A program made the translations under genes and the position numbers. From contig JAQGDQ010000040.1 in NCBI GenBank assembly GCA_030141605.1, positions 558,001-622,000 on the forward strand: 64,000 bases of DNA, read 5' to 3'. Below are positions 40,201-55,200 of this stretch, piece by piece (position 1 is the stretch's first letter; each line of letters begins with the position of its first letter). Origin of the DNA: Tubiluchus corallicola (lineage: Eukaryota; Animalia; Priapulida). The notes under the pieces are model-generated. The model was not told the DNA's origin. It searched no databases and saw only the letters and a program-made list of their open reading frames with translations.

Positions 40201-43200
40201 TCTCCTTACAGTTGTCTTAAAGCCACCTTCCCTGATTGAAGCGTTTCCCAAGAACAGTCAGATAATTGAATTACGGTGGACACCACCTGATGTTCAGATA
40301 GCATCTTACACAATTCGGTAAGCATTTTCTTAACTTCCTCCTTGCAATTACAGATTTTAATTATGTTCCCTCATCTTGACCTGTGTTTTCATTATGTTTT
40401 ATAATTTAGCCAGTACCTGAGGAAAAAATCTATACAAATTTTATATTAAGCTATTAATGTTCAATTGCATAAGCATTTAAACATTCTTTTTCCTGCCATT
40501 ATTGTCTAAGTACTGCTGTCATACCATTTGCATCCATTTGAACAAAAAAATGTATTTTGTAATCAATTTTCTATTGTTTTGTTTACTTATAGGTATTCCA
40601 GTAAAAGCTTTTCTAATGATATTAGAAAGGGTATTCCAGGTGACCACACAACTGTTAGTATTGCTGATTTGCAGCCTGGCACAAAATATGAGTTTCAGGT
40701 ATATTATTTTGACAAAGCATATCTTCATACATTGAGATGTTCTTGATTATTCTTGTGAGGATGAATATAGTGTTTAGCGGTAGTAATAAATTTATTGATT
40801 GGTGACAGTCCATTCACAACAGTTATAAATAATTTCAAAAACTGCAAATTGGGTTTGTTATACGGAAAATGTTCACCACTTCGAAATCTTAAAACACTCA
40901 TAAACAATGTGCACCAGCTTACGTATTTACATAATGTCTTTCATAGCCCATAATGTAATTAATGGAGCAATAAAAAGACATTTCTGAGTTATCAGTTATC
41001 ATATTGAAAGAGATGTAAAAGTTGTATGTCTATACTTTTTTGAGGCAGTAAACTATTACTACGTATAAATGCTTATATGTTTACCTTGAGTTGTGAGGTA
41101 GTCCAAATGTGAGTAATTTAAATTAATCTTTGTTTGTATATCTCTATCATTTAGAGGTGTTGTCGCTAAACTCTTGGTAAACTCTTCAAGCTTGATTTTT
41201 GCAACATTTCCTAACTTAGATCAAGATCTAGGCTCTGCTCTGTTTTCGTGTAACCTAACAAGAACTGCAAACAGCTATCATGAAAGCATGCTAGACTATC
41301 TTTGCATTTTTTGATCTTTTATTCAATTATGAAATAAGTTGCCTTACTGAACAAATGTGATTATATAATTTTTTTAGATTCAAGGTCACACAGGTTCTGG
41401 AAAGTCAACTGAATGGAGCAATGCTATTGAAGCATCCACTACTGAAGAACGTATGTCCTTTTTTGACTTAAAAGAACAGAAAACTTATTTCCATAAAACC
41501 ACTTTTGAAATAAACAAGATGATTAAGGTGTGCTAGAGTACATGCAGTTTAAAAGAGGACTGAATTTTTAACTAATATATTATGTAACTGGTTTAGGCAG
41601 TTGTAGATGCATACATACATATTAGTTTACACTTAAGTACAATACTATAGTAATGCTGTTCATGCACAGACATGAACCATTTCTTTAATTCATAATTTTT
41701 TGTCCTAAGTGATAAGCATTAACTGATGCTCTTTTAGTTCTTTGCATGAGACAATTGCAGATGCAGTACATCTCTCGTGAAACTAAGACCTGATTTAAGT
41801 ACATAATAAACATTTATTTGTAAAAGTTAACTTTTATAATATTCATTTTAACTCTTTAGCTCCTAGCCCTCCTATTTCATTGTCAGTGCGAAGCAAAGGT
41901 GAAACCTGGGCTAGTATTGGGTGGAGGCCTCCTATCTTTCCCGGTGGTACCATCGTTGGCTATAAGGTATCAGAGTGTGTTTGCTAATAGCAGAGATTGT
42001 TACATTATTTTCTTTTAGTACATTAAACACGACACTATTTATTTTGCTGCAGGATCTTTTAAAATTGTAAAAACTACTTGACTCCTGCAATTGTAATGCT
42101 GTTTTAATACATTGTTTGATGGTTTTTTTTGGAACAAATGATTTTACAATTTGCATTTTTTTATAATTATGCTCTGAAGAAGCAGAATACATAACTGTCC
42201 AAGGAAAATGTTGCATTTTGTTTAACACATGTACCATCCTTGTATAAATTATCCAGTACTTTCATTACTGTTCGGGCACTTCACATCCACATTTTCTTCA
42301 TCGATTAAACCGATTGTCGTGTAAGTACAGCTTTTAACATGATGTGCCATAACATGGTAATTGTCATGAATAAATGAAGCACAATATACTTAACAAAATG
42401 AGATTTAAAGTAAAACTAAGTAAATTATCTGTCTTTTGCATTGCAAACTGGTGATTTGCCCTTGTATATAAATCATTTGTATTTTTGACATACAGATAAA
42501 AGTTACAGCAGTTGATTCGTTCTATCCGTCTGTACGGTTGAACACACCAAAAGTTGATGACATTGTGGAGGCTGCACAAACTAGCTATGTCTTGACAAAT
42601 CTCAGCGCAGGCACCAAGTATGAGTTAAGTTTGAATGCAATCGCTTCAACTAGTCATGGTGATCCTGACAGCATCTCCTTTTGGACTGTTATCCAAGGTT
42701 AGTTACAAAGATTTGACTATAATGTATGATTACATATGAAAGATCGCGAATTACTCACAGTTAATGTTTGAGCTTTAAAGCATATTTGTCCACATCAAGC
42801 GTATGTGATTTATACATAATTTTATGTAAAGTACCAGACCTTCCTGCAGATGCACAAAAGTGGAAAATATGCAACATTATCAAACAACTGCAAAAAGTTA
42901 AATAACAAAAATCTTATAGATAATGTGTTAAATGGAGTGAAACGTTATTGACAGTCTTCTAACCACATGCTTTTCTGTTACTTGTACCAATTTTGCACAT
43001 TTTCTTAAATGTTCTAATAGTTGTTTTTGCCTAAATCCTAAATCTGTTCAATTTCTGGTGTTTCTGTTACAATATTTCATATGTTATTGTAGATCCGCTT
43101 AAACCAGCTGAACCGGTCGTCGTGAGTAGTGAAACATTAGATTCTCAGCACACTACAATAACTGTGCGTGTTAGTCCGATACAGTTTATTAAAGGACCAG

Positions 43201-46200
43201 AAAAGTACGTTTATATCATACATTTTCTTTCAATCCTTTCAGTAACACGGCTTTGCTGGTTGTACTGCACTTCTAACCAAATTAATGTTAGCAAAATTGC
43301 ATCTTGAATTCGTGAATCTTCTGGTTTAAGGATTTGTGCGTAAAGTTCCATATCTGCAATCTAATACAGCTCGTCCATATCATTTGACTGTTTCTGTTTC
43401 ACTTTACGAGGTGTTTCATTTAAAAAAATAAGTTTCTGTATGTTATATATACATATGTGTGTATTTATATATTTGCTTGCATGACCCTGAAGCTTTAGGC
43501 AATTCACTTTCTTAGTCCATTGTAATTTGATTTGTATGAATTGTACCAGTTGTGCGAAAACATAAATTGACTCTATTAATAAATTTTCTACATTGCAGTG
43601 GCTATTACATCGTTTTTTCCACGATTTCTGATGAAGAAATTGATGCCGATTCATTGAAAAATTACGGCACTGCAACCCAGCTTAGTATTCCATACTATAT
43701 TACTGGACATCTGCCTGAAGAAAAACTACAGCAAACATCTGAGTTTACAATTGGTGACAGGCTGATATATGGGGGATTTTACAATGCACCGATTCAGCCT
43801 GGAAAGCCGTGTAGAATTTTTTTGGGTGCTTACACCAAATTTGATGGGGTAAATGACTATTTATTTTGCTCTTTTTTTGTAATTAGTTGCTGATGAACAT
43901 TTCACAATTTTTAGTGCATATATCTTCATCTTTATTAATCCTTCTATAGAATACATGGGTTTAAAATATTATTTCAAGTGCTGTTGAAATTCACAACACG
44001 TAATTGTTTAAATTACAAATTCACATTAAATCTTTGGAACGTGAGACGTGATGATTTTGTTTGTGTTCTCTTGTTAGTATTTTCATTGCAGCATTGTGTT
44101 TGCCATCTAAATTTTATGATACCTTTTTGTGAAAATAGCATTTGCTTCATGTAAATCAGAAATGGGAATTTTAATTACCAGTGAAAAATTAACTTAAAAA
44201 GGTTTTAAGTTCATATCTTCAAAATTGTTTCACAAGTTTCATGGGATTGTCCGTGAAGAAACAGTCTGCTTCTTACAGCATTTTAAACAAACTATATTGT
44301 TTAGATTACCAGTTTATTATACTAATTTAAAACAAAAGAAGTGCACTCTAAAGTGCTACTTTTCTTGCTTTTGTTAATCAAATGAACATCTGCTTAACAA
44401 ATGCCTGCTTCCGTGTCGTGCTTTTTAATTTCAATAATATTGAAATATGTAACTTTTCAGACAACTAAGTACAGTTCTTACCAGCAGTTGAGGAAGTTTT
44501 GCTTTTGTTTTCTGGCTTAATAATATTTATAAGATTTGTGAACATTATAAACTTAGTCAAATTCCAGCTGAATCTTTTTTTTGCTTGTACAGTTTTTGCT
44601 TTGTAGGTCACTAAAATGCAGCTAACTCCTGGTCCTATATATGTTCCACCTCCTAGCACACCGCCTCCGGTGACAACAAAGTCTAGCAGTGCTGCTGTGG
44701 TTGCCATTGTAGTTGTCGGAGTAGTTATAATTGTTCTCATAATTCTAGTTGCTTGCTTCATATTTAGGTATGTATGGTATTAAAGTCTACTTAAAATCTT
44801 TATTTAAACCTCAAGGTTAGTCTGACTTGCCACTGCTTGTTAGTATCTCCAAACATTTTTATGTGGGACCCCATTAAACTCTTCCTTAAGGGGTCAAATT
44901 TAATATTAAGATCAAACTTAAAATTTGATACTAATTTTATTAAATTTCATGGCTTCCTTCATAATGAGATCGGGCTTAGAAGTTGCATTTCCTCCAAAAC
45001 ATTTAATTCGGTTTGCTCGTCAAACTTTGGAACATCACAGGCTAAATAATTGTGCTAAGAACGACTTCTTTGGATACCTGATTGTTACTGTGACACTAAA
45101 TTTGTAAACAATGCTGCACAGTAAAATGTGGCACATGATAACAAAATGCAAATGCTGTTATACTAAAGACTGAGTTTAGACTGTCATCTAAGGAGTAAAA
45201 CACTTGAAATCAAGTTCCGGGCTTTTTTTCCGGAAATGACACACCCGATTTCCTTTTATATAAGCTGCCAAGAAAAGGTCCGTTAACTACCATGTTTAGT
45301 GATGATTCGTTTTAACAATGAAATTTTGCCATACACTTTTACTTGGTGAAAAATATTGTGTTCACAAAATACATCTCTTTCGAACATCTCTTATTCAATC
45401 AATATTACATGTAGGTTATTACCTGTGCTTATTGTAATGAAATAAATGCTTTTGTTCAGATAAGATTCTTCGCTAGATGTAACTGTAGTGTTAATCCCTG
45501 TTGCCCTTTCACATCAGTACTGTGAGACAAACAATACATCAAATGACTCTCGACTAGGTTAAAGGAGAAAATATAACACATGCCACTAGAAATTAAATGA
45601 GATGTTTTAAGAAATGTACCATTGGCTGTAGTTTTATGCATACTGTGTAATCATTGCATTACCCTAACAAATGATAGTGACAGGCTATTTTTACTAAGCA
45701 GTAAAGCAAATTTGCTTATAAAATTATAATGTTTTTTGTGTGGATGCAACTCCGTGCATTTACATTATTTCCTGTAGGAAATATAATATGGCTTAGTTTA
45801 AAATTACACTCATATCTCGGTTTGCTGGACAAAAGCAGGGTGACATCGGTCCAAATTTGCCGATTGTCCGTTTTTTACCGATACTAAGTTAATACAGTAG
45901 GCGACAATATAATTGACTATAGTCTTTCTGCACGTGCTTAAATAAGACACTTCTGTGTGACCAATGAGCTTTTAATATTTCCATGTCATCTTAATTCGCT
46001 TTTGTGCAGTATAATGTACGTAGAAACAATCACATCAAGTACAGTTTATTTGTAAGCAAGATGTAAACAAAGTGACTAGCGGATTGTGGGACTTTTTAAG
46101 GGATTTTGCATGATTCTTCCGATATCCATAAAAGCAAGGTCAAGGAAATTGAGGCATGAGTGTAATTGACTTAACATCTTGCTAGAATGCATTGGCAAAT

Positions 46201-49200
46201 GCATTGAATGATGGTTCTGCCGTGCTTCCTATTTGTTAATAATTTTGGCTAATTTGTGTTGCTGCCGTGCTTCCTATTTGTTGATAATTTTGGCTAATTT
46301 GTTGTGCAACAAAGCTTATCCTTAAAATTTCATTTTATCAAAGCTTGGTGCATTTGACAGAAAGCGAAAAAGGGAAGCAAAGGCACATTATAAGACAGTT
46401 GAAGTGAATGGCGTCACCCCACATCCAGCTGTACCGGAAACAAAAGTTTTAATGTCTCCTGAAGACTCGAATGCTGTCAACGAGCTGAATGAGGAAATAG
46501 CCATGAATGATATTTATCAAAATATACATGTATGTATTATCATTTTTTCATATGCACATCTATATTTTTTGTTTGATTATATACTGTATGTAATATTGTT
46601 TGTGGTAAGCTGTTATGTGAAAATACCATTGCTAATTGCTTACGCATTTTTGTAGGAAGACATGCTCACTCGACCAATACCCTTATCGGAACTTGTAGAA
46701 TATGTGCACGAGAAGAAAGCAACAAACGGTTTTGATAACGAATATAAGGTTTGATTGATGAATTTAGTGGTGGGACCAGTTATTCGATTTAATCAATTCT
46801 AATCAATTTGGACTTTTATTTTCGATTATCGACTATCTTTTTAGCAGCATACACAAATTGATTGTATTACCAGTGCCATTTGCACTTATTTTTTCCGGAA
46901 ATACACAAAAATTCCATGATAAGTATATCCGTCTTTGTAGTGAACAATATGCCACCACTTTTGTGCAGTAACTTATCATCCTGATGCTGCTTAGACACAA
47001 AAGTTTCTCATAAATATGCTTCTTAGCAAAAATTTTAAACAAAAATAGGTCCAGTTAATGTCGCAGGATCCAAATTTGTACTTTTGGTATCAGTTACATT
47101 TTGGTTCATTTGTTGTGCTGTTGGTTTACAGGTGCAACTGCTCAGTTCTCAAGATTCTCTTATGTTCTAAATAATTTCTATATATTTGACCATGGGCATT
47201 TTATATGTTTTACTGTGATTACTCCTTGCAACAGAAAAGAAACTCATATAATTTCATGTTTCATATTGAATGATTAGAGAGTCATATTTCTACTTAAATT
47301 GTGCAAGAAATCTTTGGTGTGTTTTCTACTACAAACTACGAGTTTTATGTCTTATATTTCTTTGATAAGTGAAGGTGCGACATTTAGCTATAATTCTTGC
47401 ATTTTGCTTTTTTCTTAGTTACTGCCGTCTGGAATGATTGCTCGGGCTGAAGTCGGCAAGCGCCCTGTACATCGTACTCGGAACCGTTTTGGCAACGTGT
47501 TTCCATGTATGTTTGCTTTACAGAGTCTTCTAACTTATAAAGTCGTGTATTTTCCAGATTTTTAATGGCAAGTAATTTTCCTGTTAGCGCTGCATTAACA
47601 TTGAGTTCAGTTTGATGCAAACATTGGTTTATTCTGTTTCAGATGATCATACGAGGGTCGTGTTAAAGCCTTTCCCGGGAGTGACAGAAGCTGATTTTAA
47701 ACCATACTCTGATTACATTAATGCTTCTTACATTGATGTAAGTGTGCTTTTCTCTAATTTTGCTTATTGTTATATCAGTTTTTTGGTAGGATGTTAAGTC
47801 AGTTTCTGTAATTAGAAAAGAGACACGAAGGACCACAGTGCAAAAACTGTCTAAGTAGTAATTTTCTAAGTCTGTTCTTTCTTAACTTAACTTCTGTACG
47901 TAACTAGATGCAATTTTCATGAACTTCAGTAAGTTCTAATTATTATGTTGTATATCAGTAGGAAAAAGTTTACAAAATTAAATTTGTTTTATTTATTTAG
48001 GGTTATGAACGACCAGATATGTACATTGCAGCACAAGGTATGTCAGGATCATTTATAACTAAGTTTGTTTCATGATTATGTCATTAGTTGAGGAAATTCT
48101 TCAGCAAATTTTTTGTTTATGAAGTTGAGTAGTATCAAATATAAAATATTTATAGCAGTTGTTTTGATTTTTGCAAGTTAACGACATGTTGTTAAAGTAC
48201 TGGGCACATTTTAATGTGTCATTTAGGGCCTAAAGACAGCACAATGGAGGATTTCTGGCTGATGATGTGGCAAGAGAAAACAACAAAACTAGTCATGGTC
48301 ACAAACTGTATAGAGGAAGGAAGGGTGAGCTTATTTCTAATTCTTCTATTTATGTTCTTTTTATAAACTTTTGCAGAGTATTACTAATAATTTTGTTTAA
48401 ATGAAATTGCAAGTAGAAACTAACTCTGTCAAAAACTTTATGATTTATTTAATTGTAATGCAATAGCTGTTAATTTCCATAATCTCAATTCACACGATAA
48501 AATATCAACTCTTCTATCTGGTAATTCGCAACTAAGCCACAATCAAAATGTTCACATATTTCAGTTAGTTGCAGAGATGTATTAAAGAGACCAAAAGATT
48601 CCACCGTTGACATTAGTCAATATTTAGTATTTTAGCAGCTGAAATAATTAGAAATTCGTGAGTTTACTGAGTGTAATGCATTTTTGTTAAAATAAAATAT
48701 CTTCAGATGGTTTATTTTCAATTTAATTCTACAATTTTGATGTATATATAAGCAAGGGATACAAATCAGTTCTTTAAGAACTTGGGAACTTGTCTGAACT
48801 AAGTTAGCAGTGGTTGGATGACCATTCATTATACAGTGTAGCAGGCTTATTTAGATTTCAGGAGAAACAAAATATTTTTATAAACCAATTCAGTTTTTCA
48901 AAATTACCTCTTAAATCGTCTGCAAAAAATCTTTTTTACCCAAACCGCTAGTGCCCAACTGTTAATACATGGTTGCTGTAGTACAAATTATTGCTACAGA
49001 GCATTATGGACTTTGTGGTGAATTTACGGAATTTCAGATTAAGTGTGAGAAGTACTGGCCTGACAGTGGCTTAGAGGAGTATGGACGAATGAGAGTGAAA
49101 CATCTAGCAACTGAAACACTAGCAGATTACACGATACGCACACTTGAATTACAACCGGTTTGTATCAAATGTTTCTCATCGGCTTTGACTAAATATTAAA

Positions 49201-52200
49201 TGAATGTTAAATGTGATAAACATGGGTGTTTTATCTTTCAAAGTAATTATAAGTTTTTTTATTATTTTAATCTATGTGTGTAGGTACTAGTGTGGCAGCA
49301 GTCATCTCAAATATACCAGTGAAATAGAAAATATATAAAAATGAAGATATTTGCTTGTTACTTTTGTTGCTTTTATTATTGTTCAATACATTGTGTTAAC
49401 TTTCATAATATTTTAATTGTCATTTTTATGTGTGGTTGCAAAAAGTTGGAATGGTAGGTCAGTTGATTATGAAATTTGCCAGAACTTGCAGCAAAACAAA
49501 TCTGGAAAGACAAAAAAACTCAGTTTCATTTTCTAAGAGGTCGTTATCACCTAAACAACAAAATTGTTTTCAGGTTGGAAGCGAGATAGCAAAAACTATA
49601 AAACAGTACCATTTTACATCGTGGCCCGATCATGGTGTCCCGCAATATGCTACAGCTTTACTTTCATTTAGACGGAAAGTCAGATCTGATGTTGATGATG
49701 CCAATGAAGTCACTGTTGTACATTGCAGGTAATATTCTTTTTTTGTTTTGAAGTGGTTGAAATTGTGGTTCAAGAGGCAGTTCATTACCAAAATATGAAA
49801 ATTTTGTAACTCATATAATTAACAGCATCTAAATGAATAAACAGTTGTTGATAAACAATTGGTCATTGGTGTAACTTATTGTTGGTTTTTTATTTATAAT
49901 AAATAGTGAACTAACTTAGCAGTTCCGTGCGAAGTCAGTGTTAAATTTGTACTTATCAAAACTGATAACCTTGTACTTTGAAATCCAATGTGAAAATTTG
50001 CCTTTTAGTGCTGGTGTCGGACGTACAGGTACTTATATATCACTGGATAGCTTGCTGGAACAAGCTAAAGCAGAAGAACAAATTGATGTGCTGGGATTTG
50101 TTTGGAGAATGCGTCAGAAGCGGACCAATATGATTCAGACATTGGTATGCTACCCATATTTTTTATTTCATTTAATTACATATGAGTGCTCATTCAAAAT
50201 AAAATAACATGTTTTTTGTGTTTTTAACTATGTTGATAGTAGAATGCAGTTATATTACAATATTTCCTTAATTTGTAAACTTGTTGTATACTATGCAAAT
50301 TGAAAAAAATTTATTATATTTTACTGACAGGAGCAGTACATATTTCTCTATGATGCTCTGGTTGAAGGTCTACAGTGTGGAGAATCTGTAATTCCGGCTT
50401 CCGAATTTCATCGTCGTTATCATCAGTTGTGTCATGAAGAAGAAGATGGCAAGTCTAAGTTACAAGTACAATTTGAGGTAATCACAGCTGCATTGTCTTA
50501 ATTGCACAGTCAGTAGTTAGCTGTGTTTTGAAAAAAAAACTGAATGGTGTAATGAAGTTATTGTTTGTTTTAAACTACTAATATCATTCATATTCAGAAA
50601 ATCGACTACAAAATGTTTATGTGTTTAGTTACTGTGAGAAAAACGGTTTTTACAATTTATGTGATTACGTATTTGAATTTATTGATACTGCAGTTTTTCG
50701 TTACATAAATGAGTTCGAACAATGCGCACTTAATGGAACTGAGTGCCACAATATTTTTTCATTAATATTAGAAATTATTCCTAGTTTTAAATTCTATGAT
50801 ACATGTATTTCAGTATCTTAGTTTTAGCATTAAGATTATGTATCATAGCATTAACGTTTTGTTTTTTCATCACAGCTCCTACAGCGAGTAAGCCCGGTTC
50901 TGCAAGAAGAAGCTTGTGAAGCAGCAAACAGTCCAGAAAATGTTACGAAAAATAGATACTCTGCAATTGTGCCAGGTAAAAATTTCAGTTGCAAACATTA
51001 ATTTCAATGCAGGTGGCAGAGTTACACAGAAATTGTGATTGAGTGTATGTTGATTTGTTTCTTTTGTTTCTTTGTTTATTATCTGTTATTAGTAGTTAGA
51101 TATTTATTTGCTGTGGCATCATATAAAAGGAAATGCTATGTAACAACAGAACTAAGTAATCTGGTGATACTTCTTTAGTGAAATTTATAAACCTGTTATA
51201 TTTGTCCTATTTGTTATAGGCATTAAATATGCTGTTTCTAATAGTGATAAAAGAATTGTATCCAGGACAAGTCTACATAGTAGACACGGAGTACTTTCGA
51301 GAATTATGCTTCATAACCATATTAATACAACATTTTTACGGTTAGGTCAGATAAGTGAACTATTTTACATGCTAATAAGTATTGTTTTTCGTATTTAGCG
51401 TTTAATAATATAGTAACATGAAGGCTTTATTTTACAGCTGATGTCAGTATTCCATTTCTTATTAATTACGATGATTCTCAAGGCTCACACTATATAAATG
51501 CAACATTTGTTGATGTAAGTAAAGTTATTTAGACTTTCTTTGTATTCTTTCATATGTGTATGCTTATTCTTAGAAATAAATGCTTGTCCTAATGGTCTGC
51601 TTACTCTCCAGCTATGTAAGAAACATGTTTTTTTATTTTTTCCTTTAGTTAGCTGATACAAAAGCTTTACTCTCTTATTAAAAAATAGTTTTATATATGT
51701 GGGCAAAAAAATGCAGTTTAAATACGTTTTGTGAACTTATTGTTGTGTTCAGTAAATCACAAATTACAGCTTCTAGTTGCAATTAGACTCCAATGGTTTA
51801 GCTGCAAGGAATAATAAAAAATCAACTTTGGTTAAAGCCCACAAAACTGAATTCAAACAGATGGCTTTGATTTAAAAAAATGAACCAGTAATGAAAAGAC
51901 ATCAGATTAAAATGTGTATGAATGACCAACATTTAATATAAAATATGATACTAGGTGGGAAAATCATGAAACTGTAATATAACATATAAATATATAATGC
52001 CATATAGCACTGAAATTCATGTAATAGATCTTAGTAAAAAAATGTCGTTGTATTGTAATAGCAAAATTATAATTACATGCCTTGAACAGATCATCACTGC
52101 AGCCGTCAGATCATCACAGCAGCATCACATACATCTTCTGGTTAAGTAAACAGCAAGTTTTTCCTTTTGCTGCATTCGTGCAAAAGACTTTGGCAAACCA

Positions 52201-55200
52201 GTGATAAATTCTGAAGTCGAAAACTTCAGTGTTTCATGGAATCTGGCAAAAAATTTTAAAAGTGTTTACTTGTTAATTTAATCAGTATTGAGTCAGTAAT
52301 GCCTTTAGCAGTCTGGTGCTAATCTTGTATTTATTTCTAGGGTTATAAACAAAGGAATGGTTTTATAGCAACACAGACTCCACTTCTGAATACTGTAAAG
52401 GATTTTTGGAGCATGATGCATGATCATTCTTCATTGACTATAATCAAATTAGATACTATGGATTCCCAGGTTTGTAAAAATGTTACATCGCAGTTGTTGT
52501 TATTTAACTGCTTGGTATAAAAATGATTGCTATTAATAAAATTGTTGCTGTATAATACATCAGGCTTGCAAGTAGCTAAGCTCTTGAATGGATCAAGCTT
52601 TTGAATGGACAGATGGGATCCTGTGGCTTTCACTATGAAATTAAAATGCAAGAATGAGCTTTTTTGCCACAAAAGCCAAATGGCTTCTTTTGAAGAAAAG
52701 CTTATAAACTAGTTTCTTGTGTCTTATATATTTCACCAAATATTTTGAAAGCTGAAGAATCTATTTGTTATTCTAGTAAATATGTCACATTATGTTGAGA
52801 ATACAATTTTTTGGCAGACTTCTGCAAAATACTGGCCTGAACCAAGTGAAGAGCAAGACTATGGCCTATTCTCAGTCAAACACATAGGACAAACAGGATA
52901 TGGAAACTTTATTGTAGCAAGACAGTTGCAGTTAACGCACAAGGTATGTTCTCATATCCGTTGCTCTTTGGTTTCTAAATAAACTTTCTGTCTTAATTGA
53001 ATTTTTTAATATGCTTCCTTAAACTGTTTCTACTTCGTTATCATCATAAAGTACAACTAATTCAGCACCAATGTCAAATTTGTTCTTGCTTTTAGATTAT
53101 TTCTTATGATCCCTCAGAGTTTGCTTTCAGTGTGTGGTACGATAAGATAAGATATGGTCAGTTAAGGTAAGAAAGGCAATGTAAAGTAAGGTAAGGTAAG
53201 CTAAGGTTCATGAAGAGTAATCCCAAGTTGACTGTTTAACAGCGGCAAATAAAGGTACACTGCAATAAGATGGTGACGCAGCAGCAAATGAATATTACTG
53301 AACGGTAAACAAAGGTCACTTGCAGAAAATAAAGCTGTCACAGTTTTAATGAAGTCTTTGAAAAAGCATATGCAATTGTTCTACGTGTTTTACAATTTAG
53401 CAGCACGTATTACTTTTTTGATTTCAGACTGATCGTGTTGCTTTAAAACTGCAAATTCTCAGCTTTTGCAAAAACAATTGCTCAGTCTCTGTTAGGAATA
53501 ATCTTATTATATAATAAAGTATTCAGTATAAAATCATTAGTGTATTCTGTGAATAGTTTGCACTATGTCCAGTGAAAAAATAATTCAAAATTGTGCTGGA
53601 TAGATTGTACAAATTTAGAATGTCAATTTTAGGTTACCGTAAAATTAAGCAGCCAATCAGTAAGTTTGAGAGTGTCTCTGACTTTATTTAGGAGAAACGT
53701 AGCCCTATTTTTAGTTTTCAAAATTTAAAATGCTTGGTGTAATATAATTTATTAGATGAAAAACTTTTAACCTAGATAAACAATGTAACCAGATCAAGTA
53801 ACCAGGATCATTTGCACAAAGCAGGTTGTTGGGAAAATGTGAAAGGGCATTATGTATGCATTGCCCTGCCTTTATGGATGAAACTTACTATTAAGAATGC
53901 ATGTAATCAGCCAGCAAGGATAGGATTTACCTAATTTGTTGAATATGTGCCAAAAACCATGAAGCTGACCATGAATAGGTGAATCCATGCATTGCTGTTT
54001 AACATGTGGATTTATTTGCAGGAGAAAGAATCAACTCGTCTAATTACACAATTTGACTTCACTGCTTGGCCACGGGATCGAGAAGTACCTGCAAATCCTC
54101 AGAACTTTCTGACGCTGCTTGAGCATGTAGAGAAATGGCAACAAAAAACTGGAAATAAACCCATCACCGTGCACTGTCAGTATGTATCTTTCATTGCAGA
54201 GTTAAATTATTCTCTAAGTTATCCAAGGCATTTTCGCTTTTAGTTTTGTGGAATGTCTTTACATTGTTATGGACTTTGGATTGAATTGAAGACAGACCAA
54301 ACTAAATTGTTTTACGGTGACAAAGATCATTTGGTCTTCCGTGAGTGTTGACACCACTTAGCAAATTTTTCCAGAGGCATTTATACCTGGAGGATGTAGC
54401 TGAGTCAGTTACTACTACATCAGCTGACTTTCACACTAAATCAACTAGTTCGGCCGCGGTTGACTGACTTTTCAACTGAGTTGGCTTTCAAAAAATCAGC
54501 TAAGTCAGCTAAAGCTATGAATTTTTGTTTACTAAGTAAATGATAAATTGTTAGTTAACTGTTAAATTATGGAGACAAATTTTTTAAATTCCTGTTGCTT
54601 ATACACAGAAAAAAGCTGATGTATAAATTCAAATAATTCATTAGAGATAAATTTTTTATTATTATAAAAAAGCAATGGATTTATCGCAAATATAATTATT
54701 TAAATCCAACTCTTGGCAAGGTTTATCTTGATTACTGACCAATCAATACCAAAACACCAAAATGATCCCATACGTGTGACTAATGTTGCCTGTTTGTATA
54801 TTTAATTTTCAATCCACCAGCTTTCTAGTTCAAAGATTTCTAAAGTTTAGTATTTCTGCCAGCACATGCACAATCTGACCGTAAATCCACAATGCGTTTG
54901 CCATATTTGAAAAAGCGAAAATCTTCACAGCCGTCAAAAATGTTGGCTAGCTCGACTCCCATCAGTTGAGCAGCTGGCATGACTAAAGCTGGGTTTCTTA
55001 TCAGCTAGGTCGACTGTAGAAATAAACCAGCTGGAGCTGAGCTGAAACGGCACGGCTCTGGGCTCTATTTATACTCTGTGTAAGCTGTCTTATAAGTACT
55101 CCTTACTTCAATGCTAGATAGTTTTCATAGTGCAAATATTCGTTAAAAATGCCTAGTTTCAATTGTGAAGAGTTAACGTTACTATTTCAGGGATGGAGCA

